From Macrostomum lignano (Eukaryota), in the NCBI GenBank assembly GCA_002269645.1, contig NIVC01001482.1, positions 62,001 through 126,000 of the forward strand: DNA of 64,000 nt, given 5' to 3'. A program made the position numbers and the translations under genes. The notes beneath the pieces were generated by a model. That model was not told the origin of the DNA, searched no databases, and saw only the letters and a list, made by a program, of their open reading frames with translations. This document shows, piece by piece, positions 35,601 to 51,239 of this stretch (the stretch's first letter is position 1; the number at the start of each line of letters is the position of its first letter).

Positions 35601-38600
35601 TCCTCTCTCCTCCCTCCTCTCTCCTCTCTCTTCTCTCCTCTCTCCTCTCTCCTCTCTCTTCTCTCCTCTCTCCTCTCTCCTTTCTCTTCTCTCCTCTCTC
35701 CCTTCTCCTCTCTCCTCTCTCCTCTCTCTTCTCTCCTCTCTCCTCTCTCCTCACTCCTTTCTCCTCTCTCCTCACTCCTCACTCCTCCACCCCTGTCCTC
35801 ACTCTTCTCTCCTCTCTCCTTTCTCCCTCCCTTTCTCCTCTCTCCTCTCTCCTCTCCCCTTTCTCCTCTCTCCTCCGTCCTCTCTCCTCTCTCCTCTCTC
35901 CTTTCTCCTCTCTTCTCTCCTCTCTCCTCTCTCCTTTCTCCTCTCTCTTCTCTCCTCTCTCCTCTCTCCTCTCCCCTTTCTCCTCTCTCCTCCCTCCTCT
36001 CTCCTCTCTCCTCTCTCCTTTCTCCTCTCTTCTCTCCTCTCTCCTCTCTCCTCTCTCCTCTCTCCTCTCTCCTCTCTCCTCTCCCCTGTCTCCTCTCTCC
36101 TCCCTCCTCTCTCCTCTCTCCTCTCTCCTTTCTCCTCTCTCTTCTCTCTTCTCTCCTCTCTCCTTTCTCTTCTCTCCTCTCTCCTCTCTCCTCTCCCCTT
36201 TCTTCTCTCTTCTCCCTCCTCTCTCCTCTCTCCTCTCTCCTCTCTCCTCTCTCTTCTCTCCTCTCTCCTCTCTCCTCTCTCCTCTCCCCTTTCTCCTCTC
36301 TCTTCTCTCCTCTCTCCTTTCTCCTCTCTCTTCTCTCCTCTCTCCTCTCTCCTTTCTCCTCTCTCTTCTCTCCTCTCTCCTCTCTCCTTTCTCTTCTCTC
36401 CTCTCTCCTCTCTCCTCTCCCCTTTCTTCTCTCTCCTCCCTCCTCCCTCCTCTCTCTCTCTCTTCTCTCCTCTCTCCTCTCTCCTCTCCCTTTCTCCTCC
36501 CTCCTCCCTCCTCTCTCCTCTCTCCTCTCTCCTCTCTCCTCTCTCCTCTCTCCTCACTCTCTCCCCTTTCTCCTCTCCTCCTCCTCCTCTCTCCTCTCTC
36601 TTCTCTCCTCTCTCCTCTCTCCTCTCTCTTCTCTCCTCTCTCCTCTCTCCTTTCTCTTCTCTCCTCTCTCCCTTCTCCTCTCTCCTCTCTCCTCTCTCTT
36701 CTCTCCTCTCTCCTCTCTCTTCTCTCCTCTCTCCTCTCTCCTCACTCCTTTCTCCTCTCTCCTCACTCCTCACTCCTCCACCCCTGTCCTCACTCTTCTC
36801 TCCTCTCTCCTTTCTCCCCTCCCCTTTCTCCTCTCTCCTCTCTCCTCTCCCCTTTCTCCTCTCTCCTCCGTCCTCTCTCCTCTCTCCTCTCTCCTTTCTC
36901 CTCTCTTCTCTCCTCTCTCCTCTCTCCTTTCTCCTCTCTCTTCTCTCCTCTCTCCTCTCTCCTTTCTCTTCTCTCCTCTCTCCTCTCTCCTCTCCCCTTT
37001 CTTCTCTCTTCTCCCTCCTCTCTCCTCTCTCCTCTCTCCTCTCTCTTCTCTCCTCTCTCCTCTCTCCTCTCTCCTCTCTCCTCTCCCCTTTCTCCTCTCT
37101 CTTCTCTCCTCTCTCCTTTCTCCTCTCTCTTCTCTCCTCTCTCCTCTCTCCTTTCTCTTCTCTCCTCTCTCCCCTCTCCTCTCTCCTCTCTCCTCTCTCC
37201 TATCTCCTATCTTCTCTCATCTCTCTCCTCTCTCCCTTAACCGATAGGCAATGTATATAGCTGGTTTCAAGTTACATAATTTACCTGAAGTGCTTCGATT
37301 TTAAAATGTCTTCGGTGTAAATGAAAAATAAGCAACCCCAGCATATATTCCAGTCCAGGCCAGTTTCAGCTGGGAGTCCCTGGTCCTCAATTAGCCTCCT
37401 TCAGGCGCCCCTCGAACCAAAAGCAGACAAGAGTACCGATGATGTACCGTATTTTAGTGTGTTCACAGACTCATCTCAAACCCTGTTATTTACGCATCAT
37501 AACGGTGCCGCACTAGGCATAGAGACGGAGAGAAATTTCTCCTGTTGCCAACAGCTCGCACACACCCACCATTGTGAGAGAGAATGCGCCTCTCAGATTG
37601 CAATACAGTGTCTACATTTATGACCAACTTCAGTGTCTCGCCAAAACCCACTCAAAACCCCCTAGTCTTGGGCTGTCTCGGAAAGGGCTGTCTCGGACTT
37701 AGCCACTTGAGTGGACCAGTATATGAGGCCTCTCCTGAGAGTATGAAATCATGGCTAATATTGGATGAGGCATTTGTCACTCACGGCTGGCGAGTAAAAT
37801 TGTGCACACAAGCGGCAGAATTATCGGTTGCTGGGGTTGCTGAATTCTATGCCAATATTTCTGTATTGCTTGATTTCTCTCTTCTCTCCCCTCCCTCTCC
37901 CGTTACCGCTCTCTCCCTCTCTCCCTCTCTCCCACTCTCCCACTCTCCCACTCTCCCACTCTCCCACTCTCCCACTCTCCCACTCTCCCACTCTCCCTCT
38001 CTCCCTCTCTCCCTCTCTTCCTCTCTCCCTCTCTCCCACTCTCCCTCTCTCCCTCTCTCCCACTCTCCCACTCTCCCACTCTCCCACTCTCCCTCTCTCC
38101 CACTCTCCCACTCTCCCTCTCTCCCTCTCTCCCTATCTCCGTCTCTCACGGCAACGAAATTTACAGAGCCTCCTGGCTCCCAATAAGTTCAAGTCTCAGC
38201 CAGGAAACATTTAATCATTTTAACCAAAGCGCTATTTTTACCCTATTGAAGTACAATATTTATTCACGTGTCATTTATTTTATTTTATTCAAACTGCTTT
38301 ATTGTACGCTCAATATTGATTTTTATGCTCCTACCCCCAATACCGGCATTTCATCTAATCGTATGACGAAGCCTGACGAAGAGCCCAGAGGCTCGAAACC
38401 GGTAGCCCATATTAAATTAATTAGTCTTTTGATTTTTTTAAACACGCCGTGACCTCTCTTCTCTCTCTCTCTCTCTACCTCTCTCCCACTCTCCCTATCT
38501 CCGTCTCTCCGTCTCTCCCTCTCTCCCTCTCTCCCACTCTCCCTCTCTTTCTCTTTCTCTCTCTCCCTGTCTCCCACTCTCCCTTTCCCTATATACCTTT

Positions 38601-41600
38601 CTCCTCTTATTTTCCATTGTCCCTTTAATCTCTCTCATCCTGTCTTTCTCATTCATGTGTAGCCATTTTTTATTAGCACATTTATCCTTCCCAAAGTTGT
38701 TTGTTGGCAGCCAGCCAGAATGCAATTATTAACCAGCCCGTCCATGCGCCTTGCCAGACCGCTCCAAGACGTACATCGTGAAGCCGGACTCGGGCACCCA
38801 GGGCGACGGGATCTATCTAATCCGCGATCCCAGCGAGTACACCCTGTCGAACAAGAGTCACGTGGTGCAAACCTACCTGCCCAATCCTCTGCTGCTGGAC
38901 GGGTACAAGTTCGATCTTCGAGTCTACGTCCTGCTGAAGAGCATCGAGCCGCTGCAGCTGTACATCTGCAAGGAGGGCCTGGCCAGGTTCTGCACTCAGC
39001 GCTACGAGCGGCCTAGCCAGCGCAATATGGCCGAGGCCTTCATGCACCTGACCAATTACTCGCTGAATAAAAAGTCCGACACCTACGTGCACTCGGACGT
39101 TGACGGCCAGGGCAGCAAGCGGACGCTGAGCAGCGTGTTCTACCAGCTGGAGGCTCAGGCTCGGGATGTCGCCGGCCTCTGGCGGGCGATTGAAGCTCTG
39201 TGCGTCAAGACCATCATAGCTGTGCTGCCAGAGCTCATGGTGTGCGTGCATCACGAGATACCGCCCAACAGGCCCGGTCCAAGGTGCTTTCAGGTGAGTG
39301 GTTCAAAGACATGATGAGAGATTTTCAGGATACATACGTAAGATTCTCAATTTAAGATGGGGATGAGATACTCTAGATATGAGGAGGTTCCTAAGATTGG
39401 GGATTTCTAAGTTAGGGGATTCCCAAGATAGGGAGAGCTTCTCAAGATTGGGGATTCCCAAGATAGGGATTCCCAAGATAGGGGATTCCCAAGATAGAGG
39501 ATTCCCAAGATAAGGGATTCCCAAAATAGGGGATTCCCAAAATAGGGAATTCTCAAGATAGGGGATTCTCAAGGTAGTGATTCCTAAGACAGGGGATTCC
39601 CAAGTTAGGGAATTCTCAAGATAGGGAATTCCCAAGGTAGGGGATTCCTAAGATATGGGATTCCCAAGATAAGGGATTCCAAAGATAGTGGATTCCCAAG
39701 TTAGGGAATTCTCAAGATAGGGAATTCCCAAGGTAGGGGATACCCAAGATAGGGGATTCCCAAGATAATGGATTCCAAAGATAGGGGATTCCAAAGATAG
39801 TGGATTCCAAAGATAGGGGATTCCAAAGATAAGGGAATTCTCAAGATAGGGGATTCCCAAGATAAGGGATTCCAAAGATAGGGGATTCCAAAGATAGGGG
39901 ATTCCAAAGATAGTGGATTCCAAAGATAAGGGATTCCAAAGATAGGGGATTCCAAAGATAGAGGATTCCAAAGTTAGGGGATTCCTAAGATAGGGGATTC
40001 CAAAGATAGGGGATTCCAAAGATAGGGGATTCCTAAGATAGGGGGGGAGTCTGCAAGACGAAGTGAGATTCTCAAGGCAGAAGAAGAATGTCAAGATTGA
40101 GAAATCTTGCGCGATCGGCGCCTCCAATCATCCCGTGTCCCAATGACCTCTATCAGATCCTGGGATTCGACATCATGATTCTGGACGACCTGACCCCCAT
40201 GCTGCTGGAGGTGAACAACAGTCCCAGCCTCCGGCTGGACTTTGAGAACGAACTTGTGCCAGGAATCAACGAGTACTCAGTCAGCGTCATCGATGTGCAA
40301 GTGAAAAAGCCGCTGGTGCACGACACCCTGCAGCTCGTCGAGTCCATGATGAGGCCGCTGAGTAGCCTGCCTGCTGCCTCGTGAGTCCTGGGGAGATAAA
40401 CTAGCAATCCATTTTACAGACTTTGGTTCATGTGTGCATTAATCATAGATTAATGTAGGCTAGATTAGCAATCCATTCTGTTCATTCTTTATTGATGTAG
40501 GCTAGATTAGCAATCCATTCTATTCCTTCACTGATGTAGGCTAGATTAGCAATCCATTCTATTCCTTCACTGATGTAGGCTAGATTAGCAATCCATTCTA
40601 TTCCTTCCTTGATGTAGGCTAGATTAGCAATCCATTCTATTCCTTCATTGATGTAGGCTAGATTAGCAATCCATTCTATTCCTTCACTGATGTAGGCTAG
40701 ATTAGCAATCCATTCTATTCCTTCACTGATGTAGGCTAGATTAGCAATCCATTCTATTCCTTCACTGATGTAGGCTAGATTAGCAATCCATTCTATTCCT
40801 TCATTGATGTAGGCTAGATTAGCAATCCATTCTGTTCCTTCCCTGATGTAGGCTAGATTAGCAATCCATTCTATTCCTTCACTGATGTAGGCTAGATTAG
40901 CAATCCATTCTATTCCTTCATTGATGTAGGCTAGATTAGCAATCCATTCTATTCCTTCATTGATGTAGGCTAGATTAGCAATCCATTCTACTCCTTCATT
41001 GATGTAGGCTAGATTAGCAATCCATTCTGTTCCTTCATTGATGTAGGCTAGATTAGCAATCCATTCTATTCATTGGTGTAGGCTAGATTAGCAATCCATT
41101 CTACTCCTTCATTGATGTAGGCTAGATTAGCAATCCATTCTGTTCCTTCACTGATGTAGGCTAGATTAGCAATCCATTCTATTCCTTCATTGATGTAGGC
41201 TAGATTAGCCATCCATTCTATTCCTTCACTGATGTAGGCTAGATTAGCAATCCATTCTGTTCCTTCATTGATGTAGGCTAGATTAGCAATCCATTCTGTT
41301 CCTTCATTGATGTAGGCTAGATTAGCAATCAATTCTATTCCTTCATTGATGTAGGCTAGATTAGCAATCCATTCTGTTCCTTCATTGATGTAGGCTAGAT
41401 TAGCAATCCATTCTATTCCTTCATTGATGTAGGCTAGATTAGCAATCCATTCTATTCCTTCATTGATGTAGGCTAGATTAGCAATCCATTCTATTCCTTC
41501 ATTGATGTAGGCTAGATTAGCAATCCATTCTATTCCTTCACTGATGTAGGCTAGATTAGCAATCCATTCTATTCCTTCACTGATGTAGGCTAGATTAGCA

Positions 41601-44600
41601 ATCCATTCTATTCCTTCATTGATGTAGGCTAGATTAGCAATCCATTCTGTTCCTTCATTGATGTAGGCTAGATTAGCAATCCATTCTATTCCTTCACTGA
41701 TGTAGGCTAGATTAGCAATCCATTCTATTCCTTCACTGATGTAGGCTAGATTAGCAATCCATTCTATTCCTTCATTGATGTAGGCTAGATTAGCAATCCA
41801 TTCTATTCCTTCATTGATGTAGGCTAGATTAGCAATCCATTCTATTCCTTCACTGATGTAGGCTAGATTAGCAATCCATTCTATTCCTTCACTGATGTAG
41901 GCTAGATTAGCAATCCATTCTATTCCTTCACTGATGTAGGCTAGATTAGCAATCCATTCTATTTCTTCATTGATGTAGGCTAGATTAGCAATCCATTCTA
42001 TTTCTTCACTGATGTAGGCTAGATTAGCAATCCATTCTATTCCTTCACTGATGTAGGCTAGATTAGCAATCCATTCTATTCCTTCACTGATGTAGGCTAG
42101 ATTAGCAATCCATTCTATTCCTTCACTGATGTAGGCTAGATTAGCAATCCATTCTATTCCTTCACTGATGTAGGCTAGATTAGCAATCCATTCTATTTCT
42201 TCATTGATGTAGGCTAGATTAGCAATCCATTCTATTCCTTCACTGATGTAGGCTAGATTAGCAATCCATTCTATTTCTTCACTGATGTAGGCTAGATTAG
42301 CAATCCATTCTATTCCTTCACTGATGTAGGCTAGATTAGCAATCCATTCTATTTCTTCATTGATGTAGGCTAGATTAGCAATCCATTCTATTTCTTCACT
42401 GATGTAGGCTAGATTAGCAATCCATTCTATTCCTTCATTGATGTAGGCTAGATTAGCAATCCATTCTATTCCTTCATTGATGTAGGCTAGATTAGCAATC
42501 CATTCTATTTCTTCACTGATGTAGGCTAGATTAGCAATCCATTCTATTTCTTCACTGATGTAGGCTAGATTAGCAATCCATTCTATTCCTTCACTGATGT
42601 AGGCTAGATTAGCAATCCATTCTATTTCTTCATTGATGTAGGCTAGATTAGCAATCCATTCTATTTCTTCACTGATGTAGGCTAGATTAGCAATCCATTC
42701 TATTCCTTCATTGATGTAGGCTAGATTAGCAATCCATTCTATTCCTTCATTGATGTAGGCTAGATTAGCAATCCATTCTATTTCTTCACTGATGTAGGCT
42801 AGATTAGCAATCCATTCTATTTCTTCACTGATGTAGGCTAGATTAGCAATCCATTCTATTCCTTCACTGATGTAGGCTAGATTAGCAATCCATTCTATTC
42901 CTTCACTGATGTAGGCTAGATTAGCAATCCATTCTATTCCTTCATTGATGTAGGCTAGATTAGCAATCCATTCTATTCCTTCACTGATGTAGACTAGATT
43001 AGCAATCCATTCTATTCCTTCATTGATGTAGGCTAGATTAGCAATCCATTCTATTCCTTCACTGATGTAGGCTAGATTAGCAATCCATTCTATTCCTTCA
43101 CTGATGTAGGCTAGATTAGCAATCCATTCTATTCCTTCATTGATGTAGGCTAGATTAGCAATCCATTCTATTCCTTCATTGATGTAGGCTAGATTAGCAA
43201 TCCATTCTATTCCTTCACTGATGTAGGCTAGATTAGCAATCCATTCTATTCCTTCACTGATGTAGGCTAGATTAGCAATCCATTCTATTCCTTCATTGAT
43301 GTAGGCTAGATTAGCAATCCATTCTATTTCTTTACTGATGTAGGCTAGATTAGCAATCCATTCTATTCCTTCATTGATGTAGGCTAGATTAGCAATCCAT
43401 TCTATTCCTTCATTGATGTAGGCTAGATTAGCAATCCATTCTATTCCTTCATTGATGTAGGCTAGATTAGCAATCCATTTAATCCCTCGAAAGCAAAAAC
43501 CTGAGACCCCTGTTTACCCCGCCACCCGAAGGCCCTCCTCATCAACGGGACGGCAGAAGCCGGAGCTGTCCGTGGCGACCCTCAATGGTGGCCGGCAGCT
43601 GCGGGGCGGCGCAGCGGCATCGTCGGGGACGGCGCCAAAGCTCCCCGCGGCGTCGTCAGCGCGGCCGCCGCAACAGGCGGCTGTAGCGGCGCGGGGCCCC
43701 GCCAATCGTCGACTCCGGCTGCCGTCGCCGCCGCCGCGCTGCCTGACCTCCTCCTCCTCGTCGCCGTCTCCGCCCGCTTCTCCGCCGCCGCCGCCGCCGC
43801 CGCCTCAGGCAGCAGAGGCGCCGCCGTCCAAGACAGTGGAAGCCGCCGCCCCTGTGGGTGTCAGCGTCGAGGTCACGGGCTGCCAGCCGGAGGGCCGGCC
43901 GCCGACCAGCTCGCAGCAGCATAAGAGCCATCATCACCACCATCAGCCGCAACGGCACGGCGGCAGGCGGCGGGGCAACTGGATCCGCGCCAACCGCGCC
44001 AACGTCTCCGCCAAGGGCAGCCGGGAAGCCTCGGCAGCCGCTTCAGCCGAGGGCCGTCCGCAGCATCATCCGTACGATGACGAGTACAAGGACGATGAAG
44101 ACAATTGCATGGAGGAGATTTTCCCCGCCAAGCACAAACAGCTGCAGGATCTGCGCGTGCTTGAGGGGCTCAAAGAGATTTTCTTAGCTGCCATCGGAGT
44201 GCGAACCAATTTGAAGTTGGGCTCCACCGCTTTTAGAAATTTTGCTCGCAAATGCCGGCTGCAGGAGAGCGGACTGCCGCTGGCCTCGGTCGACATCATG
44301 TACATCGATATGCAGCGGCGCTGGGAGTACCTGAGCTCAGATCCCACTGCCGGTAAACATGCTGCTGACTGGTTGCAGATCCCCACTGATTGGTTGCAAA
44401 TCCCCACTGATTGGTTGCAGATCCCCACTGATTGGTTGCAGATCCCCACTGATTGGTTGCAGATCCCCACTGATTGGTTGCAGATCCCCACTGATTGGTT
44501 GCAGATCCCCACTGATTGGCTGCAGATCCCCACTGATTGGTTGCAGATCCCCACTGATTGGTTGCAGATCCCCACTGATTGGTTGCAGATCCCCACTGAT

Positions 44601-45422
44601 TGGTTGCAGATCCCCACTGATTGGCTGCAGATCCCCACTGATTGGTTGCAGATCCCCACTGATTGGTTGCAGATCCCCACTGATTGGTTGCAGATCCCCA
44701 CTGATTGGCTGCAGATCCCCACTGATTGGTTGCAGATCCCCACTGATTGGCTGCAGATCCCCACTGATTGGTTGCAGATCCCCACTGATTGGTTGCAGAT
44801 CCCCACTGATTGGCTGCAGATCCCCACTGATTGGTTGCAGATCCCCACTGATTGGTTGCAGATCCCCACTGATTGGTTGCAGATCCCCACTGATTGGTTG
44901 CAGATCCCCACTGATCGGTTGCAGATCCCCACTGATTGGTTGCTAATCAAACCTTCACCTCCCGCATCCCGTCATCCAGGCCTCTGTTTTCAGGGCTTCG
45001 TGGAGGCCTTCTTCAAGATCGCGGAGCAGCGGGACCCGGCCTCGAGCCCTCTGCAGGCGGTGGCCCGCCTGGCCGACCACTGCCGCCGCTGCATGGGCCT
45101 CGGTGGCGGCAGCTTCAGCGGGAGCTTCGCCGCCAGCGAAACCATCGTCAGCCGTCAGCAGTCGCTGACAAAGGCGGCGCAGCAGCAGTCGAGAAAGAAG
45201 CCGTCGCAGCAGCAGCGGAGGAAGCCGCAGGCGTTGACGGAGAAAACCGGCGGTCCCGGAGTACACCGGAAAGTTTTGTTTTACTACGGACAACGAGAGC
45301 CGAGCGGTTTGGAATTGGAAGCGGACGGTGATGAGGAGTTTGAGGACTGCTGGAATGGCGAGGGCGAGGGCGAGACTTACACTGGGGTGGCGAATGGGAC
45401 CGGCTTCCTGCCGAGCATTTGA
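32612..45422 (+). CDS. TTLL11: Tubulin polyglutamylase TTLL11 (about 882 aa)
   Basis: Phase-consistent exons 32612-33236, 38758-39293, 40157-40380, 43532-44352, 44980-45422 (2649 nt). TTL motifs VNRFPGM, YIVKPDSGTQGDGIYLI, KFDLRVYVLL, HLTNYSLN, CFQILGFDI, LLEVNNSP. TTLL11-type N-term (RVDTSK..LRWRE) and C-term (LGSTAFRNF..VDIMYID..GLCFQGFVEAF). The acceptor at 43532 is the least certain junction. Confidence 0.9.
33315..33751. repeat. 21-bp array (TTGTCACTCTGGTGAGGGTTC)n in TTLL11 intron 1
   Basis: Direct reading. Confidence 0.9.
34421..37237. repeat. 2.8-kb polypyrimidine (CTCTC/CTT) simple repeat in TTLL11 intron 1
   Basis: The plus strand is almost entirely C/T, with internal block duplications. 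Confidence 0.95.
37905..38135. repeat. (CTCTCCCA/CTCTCCCT)n 8-bp repeat
   Basis: Direct reading; a similar tract lies at about 38455-38600. Confidence 0.85.
39386..40044. repeat. Degenerate 15-16-bp array (GGGGATTCCCAAGATA)n in TTLL11 intron 2
   Basis: Direct reading. Confidence 0.9.
40452..43479. repeat. 39-bp satellite filling TTLL11 intron 3
   Basis: Unit TGATGTAGGCTAGATTAGCAATCCATTCTATTCCTTCAC, about 77 copies. Confidence 0.95.
44365..44942. repeat. 21-bp array (GCAGATCCCCACTGATTGGTT)n in TTLL11 intron 4
   Basis: About 27 units inside GT(44353)..AG(44979). Confidence 0.95.
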
Positions 45423-45432
45423 GATCAGCTAG

Positions 45433-46672
45433 ATTAGATGTCAGATAGATGCTGATTAGATGTCAGATAGACACCGAATAGATGTCAGATAAACACATAA
45501 TAGATGTCAGATAGACACCGAATAGATGTCAGATAGACACCGAATAGATTTCAGATAGACACCGAATAGATTTCAGATAGACACGGAATATATGTCAGAC
45601 AGACACCGAATAGATGTCAGATAGACACCGAATAGATGTCAGATAGATACCGAATAGATGTCAGATAGATACCGAATAGATGTCAGATAGACACCGAATA
45701 GATGTCAGATAGATACCGAATAGATGTCAGATAGATACCGAATAGATGTCAGATAGATACCGAATAGATGTCAGATAGATACCGAATAGATGTCAGATAG
45801 ATACCGAATAGATGTCAGATAGATACCGAATAGATGTCAAATAGACACCGAATAGATGTCAGATAGATACCGAATAGATGTCAGATAGACACCGAATAGA
45901 TGTCAGATAGACACCGAATAGATGTCAGATAGATACCGAATAGATGTCAAATAGACACCGAATAGATGTCAGATAAACACATAATAGATGTCAGATAGAC
46001 ACCGAATAGATGTCAGATAGATACCGAATAGATGTCAGATAGATACCGAATAGATGTCAGATAGACACCGAATAGATGTCAGATAGATACCGAATAGATG
46101 TCAAATAGACACCGAATAGATGTCAGATAGATACCGAATAGATGTCAGATAGACACCGAATAGATGTCAGATAGATACCGAATAGATGTCAGATAGATAC
46201 CGAATAGATGTCAGATAGATACCGAATAGATGTCAGATAGACACCGAATAGATGTCAGATAGATACCGAATAGATGTCAGATAGATACCGAATAGATGTC
46301 AAATAGACACCGAATAGATGTCAGATAGATACCGAATAGATGTCAGATAGACACCGAATAGATGTCAGATAGACACCGAATAGATGTCAGATAGATACCG
46401 AATAGATGTCAGATAGACACCGAATAGATGTCAGATAGATACCGAATAGATGTCAGATAGACACCGAATATTTGTCAAATAGACACCGAATAGATGTCAG
46501 ATAGACACCGAATAGATGTCAGATAGACACCGAATAGATGTCAGATAGATACCGAATAGATGTCAGACAGACACCGAATAGATGTCAGACAGACACCGAA
46601 TAGATGTCAGATAGATACCGAATATTTGTCAGATACACACATAATAGATGTCAGATAGACACCAATAGATTT
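45433..46672. repeat. 22-bp array (AATAGATGTCAGATAGACACCG)n just after the TTLL11 stop
   Basis: About 55 units. Confidence 0.95.
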
Positions 46673-47180
46673 CAACTACCAGCAAAGCATCATTTTAAAC
46701 TAGAGGTTGTTTTGTTATTTTCTTTTCGAATCTCATAAAGCACTACTTTATTAGAGTAGTATAGTTGCAAGTGAAAGCTTCATCTGTGCTTAATACTTTT
46801 TAAAAGCAGTTTCGTCGTGTAATTTTAAGCCCCCAAATTAAAACAAAAAACGCAGCTTTTCATTTGTCGATCCAACGACCTGAAATTCATATTTTGTTGC
46901 ATTGCCCGGCCCGCTTTCAGCCCACAGACAGCCAAAGCTTACGAAGTTCTTCTTATTATTTGTTTGTTGTAGATCTCCGGTTTATTTGTGTACAAAACTA
47001 GTTTGAATTTCCCTGATCTAACATTACAACTGCATGCGATGCTGAAAGATTTCTAATAAACACTTTTCTAGTGCTAATTGTTTGTTTGCTTTGAATTTCT
47101 TGGAATCTGTCGCTTCAAGTTAAAATGAAGTTTGAATTTCGTGATTTTCTCTTTCCTTTATCCAGTCTCATCCCATCAGA

Positions 47181-48248
47181 CTGAGTCTCCCATCTCACAC
47201 TGCAGTGAGTCTCCCATCTCACACTGCAGTGACTCTCCCATCTCACACTGCAGTGAGTCCCCCATCTCACACTGCAGTGAGTCTCCCATCTCACACTGCA
47301 GTGAGTCTCCCATCTCACACTGCAGTGACTCTCCCATCTCACACTGCAGTGAGTCCCCCATCTCACACTGCAGTGAGTCTCCCATCTCACACTGCAGTGA
47401 GTCTCCCATCTCACACTGCAGTGAGTCTCCCATCTCACACTGCAGTGAGTCTCCCATCTCACACTGCAGTGAGTCTCCCATCTCACACTGCAGTGAGTCT
47501 CCCATCTCACACTGCAGTGAGTCTCCCATCTCACACTGCAGTGAGTCTCCCATCTCACACTGCAGTGAGTCTCCCATCTCACACTGCAGTGAGTCTCCCA
47601 TCTCACACTGCAGTGAGTCTCCCATCTCACACTGCAGTGAGTCTCCCATCTCACACTGCAGTGAGTCTCCCATCTCACACTGCAGTGAGTCTCCCATCTC
47701 ACACTGCAGTGAGTCTCCCATCTCACACTGCAGTGAGTCTCCCATCTCACACTGCAGTGAGTCTCCCATCTCACACTGCAGTGAGTCTCCCATCTCACAC
47801 TGCAGTGAGTCTCCCATCTCACACTGCAGTGAGTCTCCCATCTCACACTGCAGTGAGTCTCCCATCTCACACTGCAGTGAGTCTCCCATCTCACACTGCA
47901 GTGAGTCTCCCATCTCACACTGCAGTGAGTCTCCCATCTCACACTGCAGTGAGTCTCCCATCTCACACTGCAGTGAGTCTCCCATCTCACACTGCAGTGA
48001 GTCTCCCATCTCACACTGCAGTGAGTCTCCCATCTCACACTGCAGTGAGTCTCCCATCTCACACTGCAGTGAGTCTCCCATCTCACACTGCAGTGAGTCT
48101 CCCATCTCACACTGCAGTGAGTCTCCCATCTCACACTGCAGTGAGTCTCCCATCTCACACTGCAGTGAGTCTCCCATCTCACACTGCAGTGAGTCTCCCA
48201 TCTCACACTGCAGTGAGTCTCCCATCTCACACTGCAGTGAGTCTCCCA
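47181..48248. repeat. 24-bp array (GAGTCTCCCATCTCACACTGCAGT)n, intergenic between convergent genes
   Basis: About 44 units. Confidence 0.95.
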
Positions 48249-48511
48249 TTCATCTTTATTCCATCAGCTCGAACTGCACAGCCAGAATGAGTCAATTTTA
48301 AACTCCAATTTAACATGACAGCATTGCAGAATCGAACTCAGAACCTTTGCCATTGCTAGACGATAAAACTTGATAAAATTTGCTTTCTGAAAATAAATAT
48401 ATCAGAAACAATCTATTTATTTAGGAAAAAAATTATTCTTAACAGTGAGATTTTTTAACGATTGGAAAATCTCAATCACATAGATCAGTTTTCTATTATT
48501 TATGAGCATAG

Positions 48512-49997
<1,486 letters not shown>

Positions 49998-50420
49998 TTT
50001 GTGATTCTGTAAACTAAAGAAACTATTTGGTCTAGACTGAGTCTGCGCCAAAATTTGATGCTCACTTTAAGCTCTCTCTCTTTTATCTTGACAACCAAGA
50101 TGCATAGAAACTTGAGCTATTGCTGCTGCTACTGGTACAAGCGAGTACGGCAGTGGATGGGAGTACATTGCTTGGATAGAAAGAAATTGAAAAGCAAATA
50201 GAATAGAGTAATAGCTGACAGACTCTTCTGTGTGCACCTGGCTCAGGTAACTGTAAGATGAAAAGAGTCCGCAAGCTCTTTTAGCAGCCAGGAGTGCAGG
50301 CCACCCAGCAACCAGCTGCATTACTTTGCCAGCTTGTCTTTCCGCCCTCCCCCTGCGTGTGGTTAAATTCTAAGATGATAGAAACATTAGTTTAGATTAT
50401 ACATGTATTAGATTAGATAA

Positions 50421-50575
<155 letters not shown>

Positions 50576-51239
50576 TGGCTGGCTTGGTTGGTGGCGTCAG
50601 ATTAGCTTAATCTCCGGATTAGCTGATTTTTGTCTATCAACTTTTCCTTGCTTGTATTTCGCTGTCTTTTCTAAGCTATAGGGCCCTGCTGATGGCCACA
50701 TCTATGCTACCTTGGAGCTGACCATCTAACCGGAGGCCAGGCCAGAAATTACATATAAGTGTTTGATTTTTCTGCACTGAAGCCTGAAATGCTTCTGATC
50801 AAAGACACCGATGGCCAAACCCATCTGCAAGTAAGTTCACTCGTATATGAACACTGAACAATAAGGTTTATTTAAAAAATCATAAATAATTAGACTTGCG
50901 TGTAACTGCTGAAAAGAACAGAAAAACCACTAACAACGTTAAAAACTCAATTCTCAATTCACATCGTGTTGCTTTGTCAAGGTCGCGTGTACTTTACGAA
51001 ATTCCACCTCTACAGGCAAACCACCTCACGCACTCGCACACGCCCACCTCACTCCACGCGTACATGCTTTGGCTGAATACTAATATATTTCTACCCCTTA
51101 TTGGGCCAACCACCTCACGCACTCGCACACGCCCACCTCACTCCACGCGTACATTCGTTGGTTGAATTCTAATATATTTCTACCCCCTTGTTAGGCCAGC
51201 CACCTCACACCAATACAGCCAGACCCTGCTGTTCTCTCT

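Noticed and set aside
28678-37260. ORFs of 450-1000 aa (PSVPPVSP, SLLSP and ERGER types)
   Set aside because: Simple-repeat artefacts open in several frames at once.
40452-43479. Possible CRISPR array or hammerhead ribozyme array (39-bp unit contains CTGATG)
   Set aside because: No unique spacers, eukaryotic intron context, and no CTGATGA..GAAA core or flanking helices.
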